64,000 bases of DNA from the NCBI GenBank assembly GCA_002722155.1, contig PBKS01000016.1, positions 1,391-65,390 on the forward strand, read 5' to 3'. The notes under the pieces are model-generated. The model was not told the DNA's origin. It saw nothing but the letters and a program-made list of their open reading frames with translations, and did not search any database. The DNA comes from Chloroflexota bacterium. Lineage in GTDB: Bacteria; Chloroflexota; Dehalococcoidia; Lucifugimonadales; UBA826. The first letter of the stretch is position 1, and each line of letters starts with the position of its first letter. This document shows, piece after piece, positions 34,702 through 43,655 of the stretch. Position numbers and translations under genes: made by a program.

Positions 34702-35118
34702 CTATGCTTTTTGGAATATAACTAGTGTAACTTCCTCTGTTACTTCATCAAAAGCGACAAACACCGGCATATCCACATAGACATCTTCAGGTTTGCACCC
34801 TACTATTCCAGAAGGGATCTTTGGCCCTTCATCTAATTCTACAATCGCATATATGTGACCATGCGATGACTGAAAGGATGGATGAACCGATTGGCGAACA
34901 TGTGTGTATGAATACACCCTGCCGTTTCCAGACATTTTCTTCCATGTCAGGTCTTTAGAAAAGCAATTTGGGCAGACTTCCCTGGGATAGAAAAACAGGT
35001 TTGAACATGAGTTGCAGTACGGAATGATCAATTCTTTTCGTTTTGCGGCTTCCCAAAACGGCTTAGTTAATTGCTCATTAGCTGGTATAGGAATTGGTTT
35101 GTCATATGCTGAAGTCAT
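34702..35118 (-). CDS. DUF35 Zn-ribbon/OB-fold acyl-CoA-binding protein
   Basis: [34 protein letters not shown]. Confidence 0.88.
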   Translation of the reverse strand: MTSAYDKPIPIPANEQLTKPFWEAAKRKELIIPYCNSCSNLFFYPREVCPNCFSKDLTWKKMSGNGRVYSYTHVRQSVHPSFQSSHGHIYAIVELDEGPKIPSGIVGCKPEDVYVDMPVFVAFDEVTEEVTLVIFQKA

Positions 35119-35144
35119 CTCAAAGCCTCAGTTCTTGCTTTTGT

Positions 35145-36314
35145 CTAAAGTGTGTTCTCGGACCCGAGAACCAGCGAGCACATTTCACTCGCTGTGCCCC
35201 CTCAACCGTTCACCAGGCACAAATCACTTTTTTCTACTTGTCTTGAGCCCGCTTTTCCCATGATTTGCCGTGCCCCTTCGATAACGTGTCTAAACCCTCC
35301 TGCCAAGCCAGGCTGGCCTCCTGAGAGTTGACCCCCATCAGTATTTATTGGAAAAGTGCCTTTATATGTGGTGTCCGTTTCTTCATAAAAAGGACCAATT
35401 TCTCCTTTTTCTACCAAACCAGCATCTTCTATGCACATTGCCGCCAGTATTGTGTAACAGTCATAAAATTCTGCAAATTCTATGTCAGTAGGAGTATAGC
35501 CAGCCATTTCCAGCGCCCGTCTCACAGAATCCACAGCCGGGGTTTCCGTGAATTTATCTCTTTGCCAAATATTGGCTTCACCTTGCTTTAAACCTACTCC
35601 GAGTACATATGCAGGTTTGTTTTTCATGTTTTTGGCACGTTCCGGTGTAGTGATGATTAGAGCGGCTGCTCCATCGCAAGGCATCACGGATTCAAGTAAT
35701 TTTAGAGGTTCGTTTATATACCTTGAGTTTAATACGTCCTCTTTACTTATTGGTTGTCCGTTGAAAACAGCATTTTCGTTTTCCAATGCGTTATATCTTT
35801 GATCTGATGCCATTTTGGCTAGTTGTTCTTCTGTAGTGCCATATTCGTGAATATGTCTTCTATACATGAGACCATATCCGGTATTGGCCCCTGGAGCCAT
35901 TCCGTGGGGTTCTTCCCATTCGGATCTTACACTCGGACCAGGAGTTCCCCGCCCAGCTGCTCGTCCTGCTCTCTCGGCATCCTGTCGAGAATTACCCATC
36001 ACGACCAACACTGTGTTACATATCCCACTGCTGACCGCAGAAGTAGCTACCATAGTAGCGGTTGCGCCGCTGGCTCCTTGCATCGATACTCCAGTTGCGA
36101 AATTTGGTTTGATGTCAAGATATTCTGCTACCGCAGGAGGGAGTGCAACTCCGTCAGTGACCAGGCCGTCGATGTCCTCTTTGGAAATACCGGCATCGGC
36201 TATAGCTAATCCTGCCGCTTCGGCACACAAACCATACATACTTCGCCCTTCATGGATCCGCCTAGTTGGCACTTCTCCGATGCCGACGATGGCCCCTCTA
36301 CCTCTAAGGCTCAT
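35145..36314 (-). CDS. Thiolase-like protein with in-frame UGA at codon 371 (candidate selenoprotein, 389 aa by readthrough)
   Basis: Thiolase motifs YGTTEEQLA, DGAAALI, YDCY, NTDGGQLS. The ORF stops at CLVNG-TGA, but the frame continues GGTASEMCSLVLGSENTL-TAG, matching the paralog's VGNGG...TILAAD end. The thiolase call is about 0.9 confident; Sec decoding is inferred. Confidence 0.75.
35172..35201 (-). promoter_or_regulatory. Candidate bacterial SECIS element
   Basis: mRNA after the UGA reads GGGGGCA-CAGCGAG-UGAAAUGUG-CUCGCUG. This is a perfect 7-bp stem with a G at position 2 of the 9-nt loop region. Confidence 0.6.
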
Positions 36315-36424
36315 GAGCTATCCTCCTGAGATTATGACTGGTTCTCATGTCTATGGAGGAAGAGTATAACCTGTAAAACCGAAATATATCCAGATAGTGA
36401 GAACTCTATCGTTCCTTTCCTAAT

Positions 36425-37267
36425 TTAGTCGGATGTGATTGCAGCGATGGCGACCAAGTTTGGACCGGCGTGTGTTCCAATAACTGGTCCAACCCTGGTT
36501 AGGAATGGAGACCGATTATCAGGAAGCAGATGTTCCACCGAGGTAGCCAAACTTTTGGCATCTAAGTCGTCAGTGCTATAAACAATCGCGATATCGTCCA
36601 ATTGTCCCAAATCCTGAACGGCTTGTTCTAATTTCATGAGCCCCATGTTTCTAGACCTTGCCTTGCTGAATTGACCTATTTCCCCATCTTCTACTCTTAA
36701 TATAGGCCGAATTTTTAAAAGACCACCTATGAGTGATCTGGCCTTACCAATTCTTCCTCCCTTCTCCAAATATTCCAATGTATCGAAAAGAGCGAAAAAA
36801 TTACTTCTTTTCGCGATTGATTCCGCAATGGAAATACATTCATCAACTGATTTACCTTCCTTGGCAGCTTTTGCAGCCCCGAGAGCTGATAGCCCTACAG
36901 TCATAGATACCTGCTGGGTATCCACAATTCGGACATCGACATTTCCTGATACTGTATTGGCTGCTTGTTGGGCGGAATTTATAGTTCCACTAAGTTTTGA
37001 GGATACATGGATCGATATAATCACATCATTTGGTTCGCTTATTTGATTGTAAATGTCAACGAACTCACCAATGGACGGTTGAGAAGTAGAAGGAAAAACC
37101 GTCCCATTGATGAGCTTGTCGAAAAACTCATCTGTGTTTAGATCTATCCCATCTTTAAAAACTTTTTCCCCAAAATGTACATTTAAAGGCACGACGGTTA
37201 TACCGAAATCATCAGCGAGGTTTGGATCTAGATCTGAAGTGCTGTCCGTGACTATTTTGATCGCCAT
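36425..37267 (-). CDS. DegV family fatty-acid-binding protein
   Basis: IVTDSTSDL, TSQPS, SSKLSGT, LEYLEKGGRIG, IGTHAGP. Start moved to ATG at 37267. Confidence 0.92.
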   Translation of the reverse strand: MAIKIVTDSTSDLDPNLADDFGITVVPLNVHFGEKVFKDGIDLNTDEFFDKLINGTVFPSTSQPSIGEFVDIYNQISEPNDVIISIHVSSKLSGTINSAQQAANTVSGNVDVRIVDTQQVSMTVGLSALGAAKAAKEGKSVDECISIAESIAKRSNFFALFDTLEYLEKGGRIGKARSLIGGLLKIRPILRVEDGEIGQFSKARSRNMGLMKLEQAVQDLGQLDDIAIVYSTDDLDAKSLATSVEHLLPDNRSPFLTRVGPVIGTHAGPNLVAIAAITSD

Positions 37268-37404
37268 ACGTAAATCTCCGTTAGAAATAATCGCCATTTT
37301 ACGATAAATCCCGAAAGTTTTTATTTTGTCTTACCAACATGAGAAAGTGTATGTATAATCGGGCAAAATATTTTATGGTATGTACCCTAATTGGAGATAA
37401 GTCT

Positions 37405-37614
37405 ATGAATTTTGAAGAGTTTCTCCAAAACTTCAGGTCTGACGATCTTTCATTCGCGCTCAAGTCTCTAGAGTTACCCACCACCGGGAATAAACCGGAT
37501 AGGGTTTCAAGATTGGTAGACTTAGAAAAAAATGGAACTGAAATTAAACAGATACTTAGAGCTTTTAGGTTGGAGGATGTCAGAAGAGCTGCTAAAGCTG
37601 TAGATTTAATTTGA
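37405..37614 (+). CDS. Small SAP-domain-like protein (69 aa)
   Basis: GGAG RBS then ATG at 37405. LKSLELPTTGNKPDRVSRL resembles the SAP pattern LxxxGLxxxGxKxxLxxRL. Confidence 0.6.
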   Translation: MNFEEFLQNFRSDDLSFALKSLELPTTGNKPDRVSRLVDLEKNGTEIKQILRAFRLEDVRRAAKAVDLI

Positions 37615-37687
37615 TTGAAATACGGTAAGGCCAATTGACTATGCTAAGCATTTTCTCATATAAGGCTTCTACTAAAAATATTGTTTA

Positions 37688-37739
37688 TGTCGACACAATC
37701 TTAGAGAAGTCATCTCGAAAATTTGCCGACACTATCTTA
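37688..37739. promoter_or_regulatory. 16-bp direct repeat pair, putative regulator binding sites
   Basis: TGTCGACACAATCTTA (37688) and TGCCGACACTATCTTA (37724) upstream of the DHDPS-like gene. Confidence 0.5.
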
Positions 37740-37775
37740 AGATTCTCAGTTTAGAAATAAAACAAGGAGAAAATA

Positions 37776-38714
37776 GTGTCAGCAAAAAAATCACTTGATG
37801 GGATACACGCCGCTACTGTTGCACCTCTGAAGAACGATTTCAGTATTGATCACACAGTCTTGAAAGATCATATTATGGATGTTTGTAGTAACCATGGCAT
37901 AAAAGGATTGTTAATTAATGGCCATGCCGGAGAAAATGCACAGCTTTCTTCTTTGGAAAAGACGGATGTCGTGAGGTCCGTTAGAGAGGTGGTTTCCAAT
38001 TGCATCTTTGTTACTTCTGGTCTTTATAGTGAAAATACTTTAAATGCAGTGAAGGAAGCTGGAGCTGCTGAATGCGCAGGAGCTGATGCCTTGCTTGTCT
38101 TTCCCCCCAATGGATGGGCTTTGGGTCAGGAACGGAGGACGATTGTAGCCCACCATAAGGCCATTGCTAGTGCGACTCAACTACCAATTCTGCTATACCA
38201 GGCTCCAGTTTTTGCTGCGGGGATGGCATATGATACTGACACGCTCCTCGAACTGGCGGCTATCGACGGGGTTATTGGTGTGAAAGAAGGCAGTTGGGAA
38301 GTAGCAAGGTACGATGCGAACCTACGTGTACTTAAAAAGCAGGATCCTGAATTTATTGTGTTGGGTTCGGGAGATGAACATTTATTAGCGTCCTACATGA
38401 TGGGATCAGACGGCAGTCAAGTGAGCATGGCTTCTGTTGTTCCGGAGATGGTGGTAGCACTATGGGAAGCAGCTAATTCGGGGACCTGGGAGAAAGCTAA
38501 ATTTCTCCACAACCTTATGTATCCACTTAGTACTGCCATTTATGGAGCGTCTCCTTCTGGCCGGGCAAATTCTCGGCTAAAAACATGCCTGAAGATTCTG
38601 GGTAAACTGCCGTCGGATCTAATGAGGCCGCCTACACAAGGTCTGCCTCAGGAGGAATATCAAGTACTTAAAAAGGCCCTTGATTTTGCTATAGAGGGGT
38701 TTGAAAGTTTCTGA
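37776..38714 (+). CDS. Dihydrodipicolinate synthase (DapA/NanA) family aldolase
   Basis: NGHAGE in place of GTTGE, GADALLVFPP, ILLYQ, Schiff-base GVKEGS. GTG start after AAGGAG. Confidence 0.85.
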   Translation: MSAKKSLDGIHAATVAPLKNDFSIDHTVLKDHIMDVCSNHGIKGLLINGHAGENAQLSSLEKTDVVRSVREVVSNCIFVTSGLYSENTLNAVKEAGAAECAGADALLVFPPNGWALGQERRTIVAHHKAIASATQLPILLYQAPVFAAGMAYDTDTLLELAAIDGVIGVKEGSWEVARYDANLRVLKKQDPEFIVLGSGDEHLLASYMMGSDGSQVSMASVVPEMVVALWEAANSGTWEKAKFLHNLMYPLSTAIYGASPSGRANSRLKTCLKILGKLPSDLMRPPTQGLPQEEYQVLKKALDFAIEGFESF

Positions 38715-38993
38715 TCTTCGAACTGGCTAGGGCATTAGATATCCTGTGATTAAGTTATAGAGCGTATAACGGAAATCTGCCGGTTATAAAAAACCATGAA
38801 AATCCCCTTAGGTATGTTACGGAAGTTACACACTTAGTTTGGGATTTTCTTCTAGGTCAGAAAAGATAAATCTTCTGGATTTCCTTCTAGGGGATATACG
38901 TGAATGAATAAAGCAATAAAAAAGCCAATAAGAGCAATATATAATCGAATATACTCATGAAAGGAAATAATAATATGATAAAATGCATTAATT

Positions 38994-39791
38994 ATGGGAA
39001 GACCATTTTCTAACATAGAGCAAATATCGTTGGGTTTTGAAATGTATGCTAGGGGTTACCAGCGTCATAGGATTATGGATGCTTTCAGCGAACAGGCGCG
39101 GCCAAGTTTACGCACCCTGGGAAATTGGACGGCGCGATACAAAAAAATTTCGGATAGCGATCTTGCATTGGAAGATCAATTTGAATGGCCGCATATGGAT
39201 TTGTTTTCGATACCTTGGAAATATTCCGATTTAATTAGTAGATTGCGTTCTTTCGCGAACAGAAACCCTTCAATCAGACGTGTAATATGGTGGTTTCGTA
39301 TTAAGCATACGTATCCGTCTTACTCAGATACCATGGTTTCCGCTATTGCAGACAAATGCATCATTAACGAACACATGGATTTGCTAGGGATACCGGGTTC
39401 TGACTGGTCTATATCGTTAGACGCATCATATCTGCCTGAAAAAGATCAGTTGGAATTATTACCTGGTACCTTTGCAGTTTGTTCCTTTGGGCTAAGCATG
39501 ACTCTCCCAGACTGGGTTCAAAATGGTGTATTTCTGTCGATTGTAAGGACTGAGACAGAAATCTCGGTGGTTTGTTCAGATGAGCTAATTCCGCAAACCG
39601 AAGAAATTAGTCGCGGGTGGTTCTGTTTAAGATTTGTAGGGGAAGATATATCTTGGGAAGGAATTATTTCAAGAATTATTGCCGTTGATCAAGCCTATAT
39701 ATTTTCGGTTTCCAACATCAACTATTTACTTTCAAAAGATCTGGAACTTTTTGAACGCTTAGGAATAGCATTAATCGAAAAAAGGTATTAG
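38994..39791 (+). CDS. Hypothetical protein, possible N-terminal HTH-like region plus C-terminal ACT-like domain
   Basis: C-terminal LELLPGTFAVC...PDW...FLSIVRTETEISVVC...GWFCL resembles the ACT_7/CASTOR family. Confidence 0.6.
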   Translation: MGRPFSNIEQISLGFEMYARGYQRHRIMDAFSEQARPSLRTLGNWTARYKKISDSDLALEDQFEWPHMDLFSIPWKYSDLISRLRSFANRNPSIRRVIWWFRIKHTYPSYSDTMVSAIADKCIINEHMDLLGIPGSDWSISLDASYLPEKDQLELLPGTFAVCSFGLSMTLPDWVQNGVFLSIVRTETEISVVCSDELIPQTEEISRGWFCLRFVGEDISWEGIISRIIAVDQAYIFSVSNINYLLSKDLELFERLGIALIEKRY

Positions 39792-39826
39792 CTAAGATAT
39801 AAATTTCTTGATCATTGGCACGATGG

Positions 39827-40405
39827 TTACAGTCTCTGGTTTATATGGTCAATGAAGGACTGATACTCAGAGATATGTGAAAGCCTTGCTACTCTTTTGT
39901 CATCGAATACTATATTTACCTCTCCATATCCTAGTGTCTTGCCGAACATTCCATGCCTGATACTTATTTGCGCTTTACCATCTTCATCATTAGCTATGGT
40001 GTTATATTTCACACGATAAATTTTGCTTTTTTGAATTATTGGGATGCCTGCCATGGTCAGATATAAGGAATCTTCTGACAGATGATAAACCGTTTGTCGC
40101 CACCTCAAAAACCTTGGACCTGCGATAAGAGGAGCTAGCAGGATGCCGAGTCCCCCCAAAAGTCCAATTTGTAAGTCAACAATAACCAGTGCGATTATCC
40201 ATATGGATGATGGCATCAACCAAGAAAGATGCGATTGTCTATATATAACTGAACCTTCAGGGATGCTTTCCACCTCCAAAGCATCGTTATTTCTTTTTGA
40301 ATCTTCGATTGGTTCATTATTTGCAGATTCCGTTAATCCATCGTCTGAATCTAAGTCACTGTTGTCTGACTGGTCGGCATTAGGGTTTTCTTCGTTATTA
40401 ATCAC
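39827..40405 (-). CDS. Membrane protein with acidic N-terminus and bacterial PH-like C-terminal domain
   Basis: Two TM segments, then WRQTVYHLS...FGKTLGYGEVNI. Start moved to GTG at 40405, downstream of tRNA-Asn. Confidence 0.6.
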   Translation of the reverse strand: MINNEENPNADQSDNSDLDSDDGLTESANNEPIEDSKRNNDALEVESIPEGSVIYRQSHLSWLMPSSIWIIALVIVDLQIGLLGGLGILLAPLIAGPRFLRWRQTVYHLSEDSLYLTMAGIPIIQKSKIYRVKYNTIANDEDGKAQISIRHGMFGKTLGYGEVNIVFDDKRVARLSHISEYQSFIDHINQRL

Positions 40406-40440
40406 TTGTTTACCAGCTTTATTCTTGAGATTAGTATTGT

Positions 40441-40515
40441 TGGCTCCGCAGGCTGGATTCGAACCAGCGACCGATCGGTTAACAGCCGATTGCTCTACCA
40501 CTGAGCTACTGCGGA
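40441..40515 (-). tRNA. tRNA-Asn (GTT)
   Basis: Reverse complement reads TCCGCAGTAGCTCAGTGGTAGAGCAATCGGCTGTTAACCGATCGGTCGCTGGTTCGAATCCAGCCTGCGGAGCCA. Confidence 0.96.
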
Positions 40516-40654
40516 ACGTTTGTAGTTTTATACAGGTACAAAATTGACCGGACGACAAACTACTTTATAAGAAAATCAGTGGTGATAATTGTCTTTTAAG
40601 CAGACTTTCTAGTCAAGAAACTTATCGATAAATAAATTAAAACATTCGTAGACC

Positions 40655-41689
40655 TCAATCTTGATGTATTTGTACCTTTATTGATCCGGAAGATTTATCA
40701 TAAGCGGTTTTGAATCCAGTATCTATTTCTTGTAGCGTATATCTATGAGTGACAATGCGGTTTAAATCGCGGCCAGATCCTGACAAAATGTTTACAGCCG
40801 TTTCGAAGTCATGTTGACCGTTCATTATCCCGTAGCAGATAGATCCTTGAAGGGTTTGTTCTTTTAAGACTGGACCGGTCCAGTCTAACGGATGTTCCCC
40901 ATAAAATACGCCTAATATGACGATGCGGCCTTGTCTCCTAGTAACTTTAACAGCTTGTTTTATAGTGTCTCCTCTGCTACCACCAACTGTTTCAATGGTC
41001 AAATCAGCCCCTCGCCCGTTAGTTGAATCGAGTATCATCTCCTCAAATTCTTTTCCCTCAGGGACTGCTACGGCATCAGCGCCTAAAGCCAAAGCGGCAT
41101 TTGCTTGTTGAGTATGTCTTGCTGTAGCAAAAATCTTACCCGCACCTAAAGATTTGGCGGCTGTCACTGCGGTTAACCCTATAGTCCCTGATCCTAGGAT
41201 AGCTATAGTCTCGCCCCCTACCATTTTTCCTATTCGAATTCCGTGTACAGAAACCGCAAGCGGTTCTACTAGAGCTCCTTCTTCCCAGGTCATGTTATCT
41301 GCCAATGGGTAGCAGCCTTCAATCTTTCGAGTGATATATTCGGCGAATCCACCGCTTAAACCTTGAGACCTATTAGGACAATGAATGTATTGTCCTTGTC
41401 TACAATACCAACAATTAAGACAAGCCCTTCCGCTACCAAGCACTTCTACTGCGACTCGAGACCCTATGTGCTTTTGATCCACCCCTTCCCCTGTAGCAAC
41501 TATCTCTCCGGCAACTTCGTGGCCGGCCGGATCTGTATCAGGTCCTGACTTATCTAAATTCATGTTCAAATCGGATCCGCAAATTCCGGTCGCTTTAATT
41601 TTTATAAGTACCTCTCCTCTACCGGCTATTGGTTCGGGGTATTCTTTAACAGCCATACCGCCATTACCATCGTAAAATGCTGCTTTCAT
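40655..41689 (-). CDS. Zn-dependent alcohol dehydrogenase (MDR superfamily)
   Basis: GICGSD, GHEVAG, CLNCWYC...C, LVEPLAV, GSGTIG. Confidence 0.9.
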   Translation of the reverse strand: MKAAFYDGNGGMAVKEYPEPIAGRGEVLIKIKATGICGSDLNMNLDKSGPDTDPAGHEVAGEIVATGEGVDQKHIGSRVAVEVLGSGRACLNCWYCRQGQYIHCPNRSQGLSGGFAEYITRKIEGCYPLADNMTWEEGALVEPLAVSVHGIRIGKMVGGETIAILGSGTIGLTAVTAAKSLGAGKIFATARHTQQANAALALGADAVAVPEGKEFEEMILDSTNGRGADLTIETVGGSRGDTIKQAVKVTRRQGRIVILGVFYGEHPLDWTGPVLKEQTLQGSICYGIMNGQHDFETAVNILSGSGRDLNRIVTHRYTLQEIDTGFKTAYDKSSGSIKVQIHQD

Positions 41690-42181
41690 CTCTAGGCTCC
41701 TTTTTTTGACTATGACATAGTATCTGTGATTGGCTATTTAACCCAGCACGAAACTCGCTCGTATGAGGAAGAAAAAGGATAGAAAGATTATTATTGCAGG
41801 TATTAAACAACCTAGACATCCTGATCTCCAAGTGAAGTGAATTTTTTTTGAATATTTTTTATCTGGAGATCGTTTTGAAATCTTTTGATGCATAGGAAAG
41901 GGTCCCTTTTTAAAATGACTGGGTGATAAATCTAGGGTATTGGGGACTATGAGTGATCCGAACTAAGTTCGTCACTTTAGGAATTCCTAGCGTCTTTTTA
42001 TCAGTAATTGTTTTGGCATTTTCATGCATCATTCCTCAATTAACCAACATGAACCTTTCAAAATTATACAATTAAAGGATCAGTTTACGATTGAATGGTG
42101 ACATTCTCGCTGGTGTATAATTTCGAACCTATAGCAGTAGTTAACTTTGAAAAATTTTCATTTTGGTGGTTGTACAGGTAT

Positions 42182-43120
42182 ATGAAAGTTGGTGAATTTG
42201 AGCTAGTCGACCCTGTGCCTGAGATGAACAATACTGTGGCAATTAGTATGTTACGTCCTTGGATTGATGTTGGAAGGGTCGGTACATTGTCTTTAAGGAA
42301 ACTTGAACAATATTTGGGGGCTAAAGAGCTTGGCCGACTGGCCACGCCCGGAAAATTTTTTGACTTCACCAGATATAGACCGAGAATGCGCACTGTCAAT
42401 GGAGAACGTGTATTTACCAAACCTAACACCATAGTCCATCATGCAAAAGATCAATATTCCGGGAGAGATTACCTCTTTATACATATTAGAGAACCACACA
42501 ATTTTGGAGAGGAATACACTGATTCAATAGTGGAATTATTTAATTATTGCAAAGTAACTGAGTACTGCCGAATAGGTGGAATGTATGACTCTGTACCCCA
42601 TACCCGTCCGATATTGGTTACCGGTTCAATGACGGATGCCCAAGAAGGAAAGGCGGGGTCGCTATTAAATCCCCGTCGTAGTAACTACCAGGGCCCTACC
42701 TCCATCATCAACCAGGTTAATGAAGATTTGACTGCTCTGGGGGTTCAAAATACCACCTTGATGGCGCATCTTCCTCAATATGTTCAATTAGACGAGGACC
42801 ATCTTGGAGCATCAAGACTACTTGAAGTACTATGTGCTGTATACGATTTCCCTTCTGATCTTGCAGAAAAAAGTAGGGGAGACCAACAGTACAAGGAAAT
42901 AGAGAAAGCGATAGATTATGGGGGAGAGGTAGGAACGCTGATAAAGCAACTGGAGACCTATTTTGATAGGGTCTTGACCCGATCGGATGGAGGCGAAGAT
43001 TCTGACGAATCAAATCCTGATGATCCGCAGATCAATTTGTCAGCAGGTGTTCAGGATTTCCTAAATGAGATGGGTGAACGGTTTGAAGATGATAGGAGTG
43101 ACCCGACCCAAAGGAATTAG
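42182..43120 (+). CDS. PAC2 (proteasome assembly chaperone-like) family protein
   Basis: PWIDVG, FFDFTRYRP, REP, VPHTRP, YQGPTS, HLPQY. Start moved to ATG at 42182. Confidence 0.8.
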   Translation: MKVGEFELVDPVPEMNNTVAISMLRPWIDVGRVGTLSLRKLEQYLGAKELGRLATPGKFFDFTRYRPRMRTVNGERVFTKPNTIVHHAKDQYSGRDYLFIHIREPHNFGEEYTDSIVELFNYCKVTEYCRIGGMYDSVPHTRPILVTGSMTDAQEGKAGSLLNPRRSNYQGPTSIINQVNEDLTALGVQNTTLMAHLPQYVQLDEDHLGASRLLEVLCAVYDFPSDLAEKSRGDQQYKEIEKAIDYGGEVGTLIKQLETYFDRVLTRSDGGEDSDESNPDDPQINLSAGVQDFLNEMGERFEDDRSDPTQRN

Positions 43121-43260
43121 AAACATATTTTTTCTTCTTTTTTAATATAATTTCTTAATTCTTCAGGTAAATGTATAGCTGCGAGGGAATTCTCTTTTAT
43201 CTCTATCGCAAATCCATGAATTTGCTTGGTTTCATAAAATCCATCGTTTTATTCGCCACA

Positions 43261-43608
43261 CTAATTTTTATTTTTTAGTAATACGTGTCTTCTGTTGAAG
43301 GTGTGTTGTCTAACTTCAGTCGCCCATCGACCTTTATCGACTGCTTTTGCCCATTCTGGGGATATGAGAACTTTTGGGTCCTCAATTTCGTATATTGCGG
43401 TATGTTTCGGTTGGTTTTCTATTATTATTTCCTGTTCTACTCCACCTATCACCATTTTCAATGGTTGGGTGGTGAATCTGGCAATAGCTAATACTCCAGG
43501 CACCTCGGATAGATATGGTATATGTTCTTCGTCATAGACCTCATCAAACAGATCTTCCTTATCTTGGGGTACGTCCATAGCGGCTGAGAAATAGTATTTT
43601 CCGTTCAT
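43261..43608 (-). CDS. Small dimeric alpha-beta barrel protein (EthD/DUF4286-like)
   Basis: FDEVYDEEHIPYLSEVPGV...ARF, AIYEIE, SPEW. Confidence 0.7.
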   Translation of the reverse strand: MNGKYYFSAAMDVPQDKEDLFDEVYDEEHIPYLSEVPGVLAIARFTTQPLKMVIGGVEQEIIIENQPKHTAIYEIEDPKVLISPEWAKAVDKGRWATEVRQHTFNRRHVLLKNKN

Positions 43609-43655
43609 TTGTAAGCTCCTTTGGCTAGATAAAAATAATAAATGTTTCTAGGTGT

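Noticed and set aside
35202-35204. Genome-wide UGA reassignment (Trp or Gly; codes 4/25) as the explanation of the thiolase UGA
   Set aside because: Many genes here end with TGA at their natural C-termini (nudC 26873, 38714, 40655, 45973, 56132, 58386, 62158), and other long ORFs have no internal TGA. Any recoding must be site-specific.
35202-36314. Calling the thiolase a simple pseudogene
   Set aside because: Not fully excluded. However, the rest of the gene and its partner are intact, the post-UGA sequence still looks thiolase-like, and a hairpin sits where a SECIS is expected.
40406-40558. N-terminal 51 aa of ORF 39827-40558
   Set aside because: It runs through tRNA-Asn; the real start is more likely the GTG at 40405.
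41959-41971. LexA box (GAAC-N4-GTTC)
   Set aside because: The spacer is 3 nt (GAAC-TAA-GTTC) and the flanking genes are not SOS genes.
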